A stretch of DNA of 64,000 bases, taken from Candidatus Promineifilaceae bacterium (GTDB lineage: Bacteria; Chloroflexota; Anaerolineae; Promineifilales; Promineifilaceae). The stretch is from assembly GCA_049614105.1 (NCBI GenBank), contig JBMZDF010000001.1, forward strand, positions 24,338-88,337. The letters are read 5' to 3'. Below are positions 52,238 through 61,731 of the stretch, one piece after another. Each line of letters opens with the position of its first letter. The stretch's first letter is position 1. Made by a program: the position numbers and the translations under genes. Under the pieces are notes generated by a model that saw only the letters and a program-made list of their open reading frames with translations, did no database searches and was not told the DNA's origin.

Positions 52238-53317
52238 TTGGCACAGACTCTACTTATGTCTTTGGAATCATATTTAAACGTTCAACTAGCAACCTATCGT
52301 GACAAACCGCAGCCAACCGTCTTTATAAACCAAGCCTCGATTCAGGTTTGGCGTGAGTATGCGTCTGTTGCGGAGCGACTGGGGGCGTATGTTGTTTTGG
52401 CGCAACATTTGTTGCAATTACAGTTTCCAGTTGAGATGGGCATACAGCAGACCCCTGCTTATCAAGCGGCCATCCGTCGCGGCATTCGGCCGAAATCCAA
52501 CCACGCACTACAGCTAAACGCTCCCCAAGCGGTGCATCTTTCTTTGCATGAAGGCGTGGGGGGAACCGTGCCGCTGATTCACGTGCCGCAACGGGCGGAC
52601 TTTCTAAAAGTGGCGGCAGCGCTGGCGTTTCGCAACGAACCGCAAACGTTTAGTGCCGCCATTGGGGCGTTTTTGGTGAATGGGTACAGCAATTGGGATC
52701 GGATAGAGCGCAAACAGGTTGAATGGGTGCGTACACGGAATTCGGCCGAATGGGGCCATTTATTTCAACAGCTATTGGCCGATCGAGCAAGCTATCAAGA
52801 CAGCTTCATGATTATCACAAAGCAGCCATACAGCGGCGTAGACAGTCACGTTGCGGGAATGTCGCCGCAGCGATGGCTGGCCCGGTCCCACACAATCCGC
52901 GTGGCCCATGAGTCGGCCCACCTATTTACAAAACGAGCCTACGGGCAGCTTAATCACCATCTACTAGATGAATTAGTCGCTGATTATTGCGGGTTGGTTA
53001 CCGCATTTGGAACCTATGATGCGTCGTTAGCTCTCCGTTTGCTTGGTATCGACACGACACAGCGCCCCACAGGCCGCGTATCGCACTACCTGCCTCCCAT
53101 GCTGCGAGAGGATGAAATCTATCGCCAGCTTGCAACAATCGTGACACGGGCCGCACATACCTTGCAGGCGTTCACCTGCTGGGTTTGCCCCGATCCAACC
53201 TCTATTTCAGCGATGCGGCTGTTGCTGCACACAATTTCACAAGCATCACTGCAATCTCTTGCCTGCACAAACGCGCTGGCCGCGCTTCAGGCTTGCTATC
53301 AAAGGAGTAGAAAATGA
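52238..53317 (+). CDS. Hypothetical protein with an HExxH...E motif, a possible zincin-like metallopeptidase
   Basis: The motif is VAHESAHLFTKRAYGQLNHHLLDE. It is the first gene of the exporter operon and its ATGA overlaps the next gene. Confidence 0.4.
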   Translation: MAQTLLMSLESYLNVQLATYRDKPQPTVFINQASIQVWREYASVAERLGAYVVLAQHLLQLQFPVEMGIQQTPAYQAAIRRGIRPKSNHALQLNAPQAVHLSLHEGVGGTVPLIHVPQRADFLKVAAALAFRNEPQTFSAAIGAFLVNGYSNWDRIERKQVEWVRTRNSAEWGHLFQQLLADRASYQDSFMIITKQPYSGVDSHVAGMSPQRWLARSHTIRVAHESAHLFTKRAYGQLNHHLLDELVADYCGLVTAFGTYDASLALRLLGIDTTQRPTGRVSHYLPPMLREDEIYRQLATIVTRAAHTLQAFTCWVCPDPTSISAMRLLLHTISQASLQSLACTNALAALQACYQRSRK

Positions 53318-54078
53318 GTTCTTCCATTTTTCGCAAGGTCTCAATTGACCGACTGTCATCGCCTGAGCAGCTTGATATGCTGTTAGAGGTGGTTAATCCG
53401 CGTAGCTGGCTTGTTTTTGTTGCACTGGTTGTTGTGTTGATCGGTGGGCTGGCGTTCGGTGCGTTTGTTCGCGTGCCGACCACTATTTCGGCCGAAGGCG
53501 TCCTGCTCAATCATGGGAGCCTTGTGCCAATCGATGCACCTGCCAGCGGCTATGTCAGCAACCTATCAATTGACGAGGGCGACGTCATCGCCGTTGGTCA
53601 GCAGCTTGCCATGCTGGAAACAGAAGCAGGGCCGCGACCGCTGTTTAGTATGCAGGATGGCCGTGTTATTCAACTGCTCATTGCGCGTGGGAACACGATT
53701 GAGGTTGACGATCTGCTGCTTGTTCTAGAGCCGCTCGACGAAACGATTCTCCCCTCCGTGCTGGCGCTCTTGCCTGCGGATCAGGCGGACGAAGTAACGG
53801 CCGATACCCTTGTTGACGTGTCAATTGCAAACCAGTCAATCGTTGGGCAAGTTCGCACAGTGAGCCAGTTACCGATCAATGCGGCGGCACTCACGCGCCT
53901 TGTGGGCAGCGATAACGTGGTTGATCAGCTAGCAACGATGACCGACCATGTTTTAGTGGATATTGCATTAGCCAACACACACGATACCAACATACCGTCT
54001 GGCGTGATTGCTGATGTTGATTTTCGCATCGCAGAACAACAAATTTGGCGTTATGTTGTGCAGCAAGGAGGAGAATAA
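53314..54078 (+). CDS. HlyD-family adaptor of an NHLM-type bacteriocin secretion system
   Basis: MSSSIFRKVSIDRLSSPEQLDMLLEVVNPRSWL, a TM segment and a lipoyl-like segment (GYVSNLSIDEGDVIAVGQQLAML) follow the pattern I recall for the NHLM bacteriocin secretion protein. Confidence 0.7.
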   Translation: MSSSIFRKVSIDRLSSPEQLDMLLEVVNPRSWLVFVALVVVLIGGLAFGAFVRVPTTISAEGVLLNHGSLVPIDAPASGYVSNLSIDEGDVIAVGQQLAMLETEAGPRPLFSMQDGRVIQLLIARGNTIEVDDLLLVLEPLDETILPSVLALLPADQADEVTADTLVDVSIANQSIVGQVRTVSQLPINAAALTRLVGSDNVVDQLATMTDHVLVDIALANTHDTNIPSGVIADVDFRIAEQQIWRYVVQQGGE

Positions 54079-56291
54079 TGAGGCTATTTCGACGCATTCG
54101 CCGAACGCCAACGGTGCTCCAAATGGAAGCTGTCGAGTGTGGCGCAGCGGCGCTTGGCATTATTTTGGCCCATCATGGCAGCTATATCTCCCTCGAAGAA
54201 CTGCGCAATGATTGTGGTGTCAGCCGCGATGGGAGTAAGGCCAGCAATATTGTGCGTGCTGCCCGTCGTTTTGGTTTTGAAACACGCGGTTTTCGTGCTG
54301 AGCCAGCGCAACTATGGGATCTGCCTATGCCAGCCATTATTCACTGGAATTTCAATCATTTTTTGGTGCTTGAGGGGCATGATGACGATACCGTTTATCT
54401 GAATGACCCTGCGTTTGGTTCGCGCAAAGTGACGATGCAGGAATTGGACATGGCGTTTACGGGGGTTGTTATTACGTTCGAGCCGACTGATGCGTATCGG
54501 CCGATGGGCAAAAAACCAACCCTCGTTAGCACACTTCGCAAGCATCTTGTTGGCACTGAAAAAGCGATTGGCTACGTTGTTTTAGTCAGCCTTGCGCTTT
54601 TGGTGCTAGGGATGTTGGTTCCCACATTTTCAAGCTTTTTTATCGATCAAATCGTCGTTGCCAACAAAGTTGCTTGGACCAGACCGCTGTTAGGCATCAT
54701 GCTGTTGTTTGCCATGGCAACCGCTGCGCTTGTGTGGTTACGCCGCACCCATTTGATGCGGCTTGAAGCACGTCTCTCAATTGCCAACTCCAGCCGCTTT
54801 TTCTGGCACATTCTACAGCTCCCAATCACATTTTTTAATCAGCGCAGTGCTGGCGACATCAATGCCCGCATCGGTCAAAATGATCATGTCGCTACGTTAA
54901 TCTCCAATGATTTGGCGGCAACCTGTATTAATCTGCTGCTGATTGGGCTGTATGCGCTCTTGATGTGGCAATACAGCATCCTCCTAACGTTGATCACCAT
55001 AGTTGCCGCGCTAGTCAATTTTGTGACGCTGCGCGTGATGTCGCAGCGGCGCATGCAGCACAGCCAGCGGATGGTTCAAGAACAGGGCAAACTGCTGGGC
55101 ACAACGTTTGGCACGCTCCAGCAAATCGAAACGGTTAAAGCGGGCGGTGGCGAAAACGACGCCTTCGCCAAGTGGGCAGGGTATCACGCCAAACTGGTCA
55201 ACGTGACGCAGGAAATTGCGTTGAGCAGCAGCATTCTGAACGTTGTCCCTGCGATGTTGCAGCAAATCACATTAATGCTGATTTTGGGCATTGGCGGGTG
55301 GCTGATTATGCAGAATCAGATGACGCTTGGGTTTCTGCTAGCGTTTCAGATTTTAGCCAATCGCTTTTTGCATCCCGTTCGTGAGCTGATGGGTTTTGGG
55401 GCAAAGCTCCAAGAAACGGAAGGTATTTTGAACCGTATGTCAGATGTTCTCAACTATGCACCTGAGGTAAATATTGTGCTTACATCGGCCGAACCAGAGA
55501 ACGTTGAAGATCTGCCACCATTGGTTGGCGGGCTTGAAATACGCGATCTGACGTTTGGGTACAGCCGACTAGACCCGCCGCTGATTAAAGGGTTCTCGCT
55601 CACGTTAAAACCTGGCAAGCGTATCGCGCTTGTGGGCAGCAGCGGCAGTGGAAAATCAACCATTGCGCGACTAATTGCGGGTCTTTACACACCTTGGGAA
55701 GGCTCGATCCTTTTTGATGGGGTGGAACGTGCAGCATTTCCTGCCGTGATGCTCAGTAACGCCGTGCGATTTGTCGATCAGGAGATATTTCTGTTTGCCG
55801 ACTCGATCCAAAACAACATTACGTTGTGGAATGATGAGATTGCACAGAAACAAGTGGTCCAAGCCGCACAAGATGCGGTGATTCACTCTGAGATTTTGCG
55901 GCGAGAGAATCAGTATCAATTTATGTTGACGGAGGGCGGGGCAAATCTAAGCGGTGGACAGCGGCAGCGAATTGAGATCGCACGTGCGCTTGTGAGCAAT
56001 CCGCGCTTGCTGATTATGGACGAGGCGACGAGTGCGCTCGACCCGATTACAGAGCTAGCGATTGCCGATAATCTGCGACGCCGTGGGTGTACCTGTCTGA
56101 TTGTGGCGCACCGTTTGAGCACAATTCGTGATTGCGATGAAATTATTGTGTTGGACAAAGGGCGTGTGGTTGAGCGCGGGACACATGCCGATCTGTGGCG
56201 TGCAAATGGCGTTTATGCACGTCTATTGCAAAGTGATGGGGTGGAATCAGAGCACCTCATGGAGTCGCTTTGGAAAAAGGTGACGGGATGA
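54078..56291 (+). CDS. C39-peptidase ABC exporter (NHLM-type peptidase/ATP-binding subunit)
   Basis: MRLFRRIRRTPTVLQMEAVECGAAAL, NHFLVLEG and LNDPAFG form the C39 triad context. The NBD has Walker A GSSGSGKST, signature LSGGQRQR and Walker B LIMDEATSALD. An aaggaggag RBS precedes the start. Confidence 0.85.
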   Translation: MRLFRRIRRTPTVLQMEAVECGAAALGIILAHHGSYISLEELRNDCGVSRDGSKASNIVRAARRFGFETRGFRAEPAQLWDLPMPAIIHWNFNHFLVLEGHDDDTVYLNDPAFGSRKVTMQELDMAFTGVVITFEPTDAYRPMGKKPTLVSTLRKHLVGTEKAIGYVVLVSLALLVLGMLVPTFSSFFIDQIVVANKVAWTRPLLGIMLLFAMATAALVWLRRTHLMRLEARLSIANSSRFFWHILQLPITFFNQRSAGDINARIGQNDHVATLISNDLAATCINLLLIGLYALLMWQYSILLTLITIVAALVNFVTLRVMSQRRMQHSQRMVQEQGKLLGTTFGTLQQIETVKAGGGENDAFAKWAGYHAKLVNVTQEIALSSSILNVVPAMLQQITLMLILGIGGWLIMQNQMTLGFLLAFQILANRFLHPVRELMGFGAKLQETEGILNRMSDVLNYAPEVNIVLTSAEPENVEDLPPLVGGLEIRDLTFGYSRLDPPLIKGFSLTLKPGKRIALVGSSGSGKSTIARLIAGLYTPWEGSILFDGVERAAFPAVMLSNAVRFVDQEIFLFADSIQNNITLWNDEIAQKQVVQAAQDAVIHSEILRRENQYQFMLTEGGANLSGGQRQRIEIARALVSNPRLLIMDEATSALDPITELAIADNLRRRGCTCLIVAHRLSTIRDCDEIIVLDKGRVVERGTHADLWRANGVYARLLQSDGVESEHLMESLWKKVTG

Positions 56292-59206
56292 GTGAAAAGC
56301 AAACAACGTCGTCAGTTGCCGAAATGCTGTTGCTGCATTTGCGTTACAAAGAGGTTGCGGGGCTTGTCAATCAGGGAGGAACAGAATGGTTGTTAGATGA
56401 TCCGAGCCGTGCGTTTATTCTTTATGATGGTTCGGCCGATCTGTTTGCCGTCCCGTTGCAGGCGGGACGTATTGTGGGGGCGCGAACACATCTCATGCAT
56501 TTGGAAGCGGGCGACATTGCGCTCGGTTGTGGAACGTTGGGGGAGACGCTTGGCTATCTACTCGTCAGCGGGCATCGCACAAAGGTGATGCAAATCGGCC
56601 GAAATCGACTCGACAAAATCGCCAACAACGAAGGGTTTCAAACTGAGATTGCCACCATGCTCAATCGCTGGATTGTGAACCTGACCCACGCGGTCGTCAC
56701 CGATCTGCCCCCCAAAGAAAGTATCAAATTAGCCGCCAATCATGCGCTGCCGCTGAAAAAAGGAACAAGCGCCAGCGTCCAGCGTGGCGTTCTCTGGATC
56801 AAGCACGAACAGGGCAAATCTCAGTTTGGCAATTTGGAACACATGCCTCATCTAAACGGGGTGGGGCGCTGGCCGCTTGGCGAGCGTCATTGGATTCGGG
56901 CTTTAGAAAATGGCCAGCTATCGAGCATCGACACAAACAAATGGCTTGAGAAGGGAGCTGATTGGGCTGACGTTGACCAGTTTCATCAGTTTATTTCAGG
57001 GGTGCTTGAAAAGTGGCTGTTAGATTCGGCCGAAACACAAGCCCGCCAGCTTGCCGCACAGGTCACCGCCAGCCAGCAAGCGATCAATCAGGGACTGCGC
57101 CAGCTTGCACAGCCGTTGCTGCCAAGTCAAGAGACGCCGCAACGCCAATACACCAAACGCGAAGCGCTACAGGCAACGTATCAGCTTGTTGCAGACACCA
57201 TTGATGCTGACATTGTGATGCCAGCCAGCAAATCTTGGTGGAGTTCAACCGCAAAAATTGCGGCGGCCTCACAGCTACAGGCGCGTCGTGTGGCGCTCAA
57301 AGGGGAATGGTGGCGTGAAGATCACGGCGCACTGATTGGCATTGTTGGAGAAAGCGAGGATGAAGTTGCACTGCTTCCGACTCGCCGAGGCTACAAACAA
57401 ATCAACCTGTTTACAGGCAGTGAGCAGGTTGTTGATGAGGCGGTTGCGACCGCGATGTGGCCCGTTGCCGACATGCTTTATCGTGGTTTAGCGGATCGGC
57501 CGCTCACGGCATGGGACCTGTTGCGTTTTGGCATGAAATCGACAAAACGGGATGTGGTCAAGATTTTCGCGCTAGGCATCGCCATTGGGCTGTCCGGGCT
57601 TGCGCTGCCGCTGGCAACCGCGTTTATGGTTGATACGATTATTCCCATTGGACAGCCTCAACTGCTTGTGTCGATGATGTTACTGCTGCTGCTTGTCATT
57701 GGCGCGTCCGCTAGTTTTCAGTTCGTTCAGGATTTGTTCGTGCTGCGATTACAGATGCGGTTAAGTCGTGATCTCCAAACGGCAATTTGGATGCGTGTGT
57801 TGAATCTGCCCGTTTCATTTTTCAAACGGTACACGGCGGGTGAACTAGGCAAACGTGTTTTGGGCGTGCAAATGATTCAGCAGGTTGTATCTGGCATCTT
57901 GCCAATGATGTTGATTGCCGTCTTTTTCGCGCTTTTCAACTTTGGGTTACTGCTGTACTTTGATATACGGTTGGCCGCCGTTGCGATGCTGCTTGTGTTA
58001 TTCTCCAGCAGCGTTTCATTCACCATTGGTCTGCGTCAGCTTTCTGCGCGTCGTCAGGTCGCGCATAGTGAGGGGGAATTGTCGGGGCAAGTGTTACAGT
58101 CGTTGGAAGGAATCGCGAAGTTGCGCGTTTTTTCGGCCGAAGGGCGTGCATTCGCCAACTGGGCACAACAGTTTGGGGCGCTCAAACAGCTAGAACTCTC
58201 TATCGAATCTAAAAACAATCAGCTAAGCGTCTTTAACGCCGCCTTTGGCATCGTCACTAATGTCGCATTATTTGCAATGGTCGTGGGGCTGGGACAAGGC
58301 AACATGACGGTCGGCCAGTTTTTGGCATTCAACGCGGCGTTTATTCAATTTCTGTTTGGGATGTTGACGTTGAGCGATGGCGCGATTGAGATTTTAGACA
58401 GCATCCCACTTTATGAACGACTTCGGCCGATAATCGAACAACAGCCAGAGCTAACCCAAGACAATCTCTCGCCGGGCAAGCTAGCAGGCATGATTAGCTT
58501 GCAAGATGTTCAATTTAAGTATCACGATGACGGCCCGCTTATTTTGCAACAGCTCTCATTGACCGTTCAGCCGGGCGAGTTTGTTGCGGTTGTTGGCCCA
58601 TCTGGATCTGGAAAATCAACGTTGTTGCGCTTGCTGCTTGGTTTTGAAGCGCCCAGCGTGGGCGCGATTTATTTTGACGGCAATGATGCCGCAATGCTGA
58701 ACTGGCGTGAAGTGCGGGCGCAGATAGGAACGGTGTTGCAGGATGGGCAAATATTGCCTGAGAGCATTTTTCAAAACATTGTCGGTGTCGCATCTAGTTT
58801 GACACATGATGATGCATGGGCCGCGTTAAAGATGGCGGGTTTAGAACGGGACGTTCGTGCGATGCCAATGGATCTTAGCACCGTGCTGACGCAAGGCGGG
58901 GGAACGCTTTCAGGTGGGCAGCGGCAGCGGTTGCTGATTGCACGGGCGCTGGTTCGCCGCCCGCGCATCATTCTTCTGGACGAAGCAACAAGCGCCCTCG
59001 ACAACAAGACACAAGCCGAGGTCATGAAAAGCGTTGAGGCACTGCAATCAACGCGCATCGTCATCGCACATCGTCTGAGCACCATCCGCAACGCCGATCG
59101 CATCATCGTGATGGATCATGGGAAAGTGGTCCAAGAAGGCACTTATCAACAGCTATTGCGGGAAGATGGTTTATTTGCTGAGCTGGCCAAACGCCAGCTT
59201 GCATGA
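56288..59206 (+). CDS. ABC exporter subunit with an N-terminal cNMP-binding-like domain (NHLM-type ATP-binding subunit)
   Basis: An N-terminal ~150-aa beta-roll-like region (FILYDGSADLFAV...GDIALG) precedes the TMD and NBD (GPSGSGKST, LSGGQRQR, ILLDEATSALD). Its ATGA overlaps the upstream gene. Confidence 0.8.
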   Translation: MSEKQTTSSVAEMLLLHLRYKEVAGLVNQGGTEWLLDDPSRAFILYDGSADLFAVPLQAGRIVGARTHLMHLEAGDIALGCGTLGETLGYLLVSGHRTKVMQIGRNRLDKIANNEGFQTEIATMLNRWIVNLTHAVVTDLPPKESIKLAANHALPLKKGTSASVQRGVLWIKHEQGKSQFGNLEHMPHLNGVGRWPLGERHWIRALENGQLSSIDTNKWLEKGADWADVDQFHQFISGVLEKWLLDSAETQARQLAAQVTASQQAINQGLRQLAQPLLPSQETPQRQYTKREALQATYQLVADTIDADIVMPASKSWWSSTAKIAAASQLQARRVALKGEWWREDHGALIGIVGESEDEVALLPTRRGYKQINLFTGSEQVVDEAVATAMWPVADMLYRGLADRPLTAWDLLRFGMKSTKRDVVKIFALGIAIGLSGLALPLATAFMVDTIIPIGQPQLLVSMMLLLLLVIGASASFQFVQDLFVLRLQMRLSRDLQTAIWMRVLNLPVSFFKRYTAGELGKRVLGVQMIQQVVSGILPMMLIAVFFALFNFGLLLYFDIRLAAVAMLLVLFSSSVSFTIGLRQLSARRQVAHSEGELSGQVLQSLEGIAKLRVFSAEGRAFANWAQQFGALKQLELSIESKNNQLSVFNAAFGIVTNVALFAMVVGLGQGNMTVGQFLAFNAAFIQFLFGMLTLSDGAIEILDSIPLYERLRPIIEQQPELTQDNLSPGKLAGMISLQDVQFKYHDDGPLILQQLSLTVQPGEFVAVVGPSGSGKSTLLRLLLGFEAPSVGAIYFDGNDAAMLNWREVRAQIGTVLQDGQILPESIFQNIVGVASSLTHDDAWAALKMAGLERDVRAMPMDLSTVLTQGGGTLSGGQRQRLLIARALVRRPRIILLDEATSALDNKTQAEVMKSVEALQSTRIVIAHRLSTIRNADRIIVMDHGKVVQEGTYQQLLREDGLFAELAKRQLA

Positions 59207-59254
59207 TGTTGGGACAGAAAGGCGTTAAGAACGCCGAGTTGTTATTGCCCCTTG

Positions 59255-59905
59255 TCAATAAGGGGCCAAACTAACAACGCGATTTTCCCACGCCCAGACA
59301 ACTGCCTCAGAGCGATTGCCTACGCCCGGCAGCTTAGAATAAATATTGTTCATGTGATTTTTGACTGTGCCAGGGGTGATAATCAGCCGATTGGCGATGC
59401 GTTGATTACACCATCCGTGCGCCGCCAGTTTCAACACTTCACGCTCACGCTCGCTGAGTTCGCTCTGCACCCCTTTACGGCGCTGTAAGATGATTTTTTG
59501 TACGGCCGTGCTTAGGGCGGGTTCCCCATGATAAACATCGCGAATACTTTGCATGACGCGGCGCGGCGGCTCATCTTTGAGTAAGTAGCCAGCCAGTTCA
59601 AGCGTGAGGAATTTTTCAACAAGGAAGCTGTCACATAAGCTTGAAAGCAAAATAATTTTTATCGAAGGTTGCTGCTGACGTAATTGCTCGGCAACTTTTA
59701 GGCCGTTCATATCGGGCATTTGAATATCAATGAGGAGAATATCAAGGGGATGCCGTTTTGCCAGTGCGATAGCCGCGACACCGCTGCTGGCTTCCGCTAC
59801 AAAGCACAGGTCTTCTTGGGTGTCTATAGCCGTTTTCAGCCCTATACGGACCAAATGATGGTCATCAGCAATTGCAACGCGAATAGGAGGAGGTATTTTG
59901 TACAT
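59255..59905 (-). CDS. NarL/LuxR-family response regulator
   Basis: The REC domain reads IRVAIADDHHLVRIGL...ILLIDIQMPDMNG. The HTH reads LSEREREVLKLAAHGWCNQRIANRLIITPGTVKNHMNNIYSKL. Confidence 0.85.
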   Translation of the reverse strand: MYKIPPPIRVAIADDHHLVRIGLKTAIDTQEDLCFVAEASSGVAAIALAKRHPLDILLIDIQMPDMNGLKVAEQLRQQQPSIKIILLSSLCDSFLVEKFLTLELAGYLLKDEPPRRVMQSIRDVYHGEPALSTAVQKIILQRRKGVQSELSEREREVLKLAAHGWCNQRIANRLIITPGTVKNHMNNIYSKLPGVGNRSEAVVWAWENRVVSLAPY

Positions 59906-60274
59906 AAATGGGGTAATTGAGGTGTGAATCCCTACTTACTTGTCATTTTTGGACTGTGCCTCGGTTTGTGTGCGTTGTGTGTAGCAGGTTGATACCTCTT
60001 TGAACATTGCCACCCATACCCTCACAAACTGTTAAAAGGACACAAATCACACTATTTCACAGGCGTTCATGTGCGTGTGTCAATCTGGCCGTTATGAACC
60101 CCTGCGTCAAGCTGCTTAGTCATGATTCAAACAATCATGCCTGCATCGTTTGATCAATCAACAAGCAAGTCGTGACAAAATCTGCCATGAGACGAATCGT
60201 AAAAGAAAATACTCACGTTGTTCATAGCAGAAAAATAAATCTCCCATTGTTTATTACAATAGAGGAAAAGTTTA

Positions 60275-61054
60275 ATGCTAATCGAGGCACAAACAAGTGT
60301 GAACTATACATTTTTTGAAGAAGACGCAGAACGACCCTCAAATAATCTAACGCATTTGCCGATTGATCTGTTAGAAAAGCATTGCCTAGTTGAATCCCAA
60401 CGTTTTCAGCAGACGGGACAATGTAAAACTGAATTTGGATACGAACTATGTCGGCGTGCGCTCAAGCTCCAAAATGAGTCTGCTTGGACAGTACTGATGC
60501 GCGTTTATCAGCAGTTGGTCGCCCATTGGGTACGCAATCATCCTAGCTTTTTGAGCAGTCGCGAGGACGAATTTTTTTTTGTCAATCGAGCTTTTGAGCG
60601 ACTGTGGCGCAATATTGCGTGTAAACCGCAGAAATTTGAAAAATTTACCTCATTAAAAGGATTGCTGCGATTTTTGAAACTGTGTGTCCATTCGGCCGTC
60701 CTTGACGACGGCCCACGGCGCTCACCAGTTGATGAATCCTCCATTGAATCAGTTGAATCGTTGCTGATTGGGGAACGCGGTGTGAGGCTAGACCAGCGCA
60801 ACAAGTTCTGGCAGATAGTTCAACAACAACTCAACAATGAGGCAGAGCGGGTGGCAATTGGTGGCTATTTCCTCTTTGGTATGAAGAACCGCGAGATAGC
60901 CGCCGCCTATCCATCCCTATTTGAAGATGCTAAGCAAATCGCAAATTTGCGACTTACAGTTATACGTCGATTTGCTCGGATACCCGCATTTGAGGCGAAA
61001 TTGCGCGATATCCTTGGGCAGGAGCCGACACATCAGCAACATTTGACGTGCTAG
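60275..61054 (+). CDS. ECF-like sigma-70 family protein, divergent
   Basis: The region-2-like segment is WTVLMRVYQQLVAHWVRNH...FFVNRAFERLWRNI. The region-4-like segment is MKNREIAAAYPSLFEDAKQIANLRLTVIRRFAR. An anti-sigma-like gene lies downstream. Confidence 0.45.
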   Translation: MLIEAQTSVNYTFFEEDAERPSNNLTHLPIDLLEKHCLVESQRFQQTGQCKTEFGYELCRRALKLQNESAWTVLMRVYQQLVAHWVRNHPSFLSSREDEFFFVNRAFERLWRNIACKPQKFEKFTSLKGLLRFLKLCVHSAVLDDGPRRSPVDESSIESVESLLIGERGVRLDQRNKFWQIVQQQLNNEAERVAIGGYFLFGMKNREIAAAYPSLFEDAKQIANLRLTVIRRFARIPAFEAKLRDILGQEPTHQQHLTC

Positions 61055-61731
61055 AGGAACCCATGATCTTTCTAACAGACAATGAACGGATGCAGTATTT
61101 AGATGGTGTGGCTTCGGCCGAAATCACCGCGCTCATCGTCAACTCTAGCAGCGAACGCTCACGCGTGGCGCAATTAGCCACCCTGCATAAGCGATTTCAC
61201 CAGTTAATCAACCCCAATTGTTGCCCTGACGTGATGGAACTGGGCGAATACTATCTTGATACACTCGACTTTGAACAAAGTTTCAGTGTGTCACTTCACG
61301 TGCAGCATTGCACGCTCTGCCAACAGAAATTGGCGCAAACTATGCACTTACTTGATGGTCAGGAAACGCAGCAACTTTTTTTTCTATATCCGCAGCGGGG
61401 TGACTTGTTGCAGGCAACCCGCAGCGCCTCGATGCCAGAAGTGCCAGATTCTTATACATTCCGCATGAATGAGGCGGAAATCAACGTTGCCTTGCAGCAT
61501 AGCACCACCCACAGCGGGCAAATGTCGCTGTGGGGGTTGTTGACAGGGCTTGATTTGAATATGCAATATTCGGCCGAATTGCGTTCCCTAAACGATCGCG
61601 CCTCTATTACGACCGCTGTCGCAGGACTCGGTGATTTTAGTTTTGAGCAAGTCACAAATGGCGAGTATGAACTCGTCATCCGTAGCAGCATCATGGATTA
61701 TGTGTTGCGCGGTATTGTGGTTGCTGCATGA
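61048..61731 (+). CDS. Putative zinc-finger (HxxxCxxC) anti-sigma factor
   Basis: HVQHCTLCQQKL matches the zf-HC2 pattern. The gene overlaps the sigma gene. An alternative ATG start lies at 61063. Confidence 0.45.
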   Translation: MLEEPMIFLTDNERMQYLDGVASAEITALIVNSSSERSRVAQLATLHKRFHQLINPNCCPDVMELGEYYLDTLDFEQSFSVSLHVQHCTLCQQKLAQTMHLLDGQETQQLFFLYPQRGDLLQATRSASMPEVPDSYTFRMNEAEINVALQHSTTHSGQMSLWGLLTGLDLNMQYSAELRSLNDRASITTAVAGLGDFSFEQVTNGEYELVIRSSIMDYVLRGIVVAA

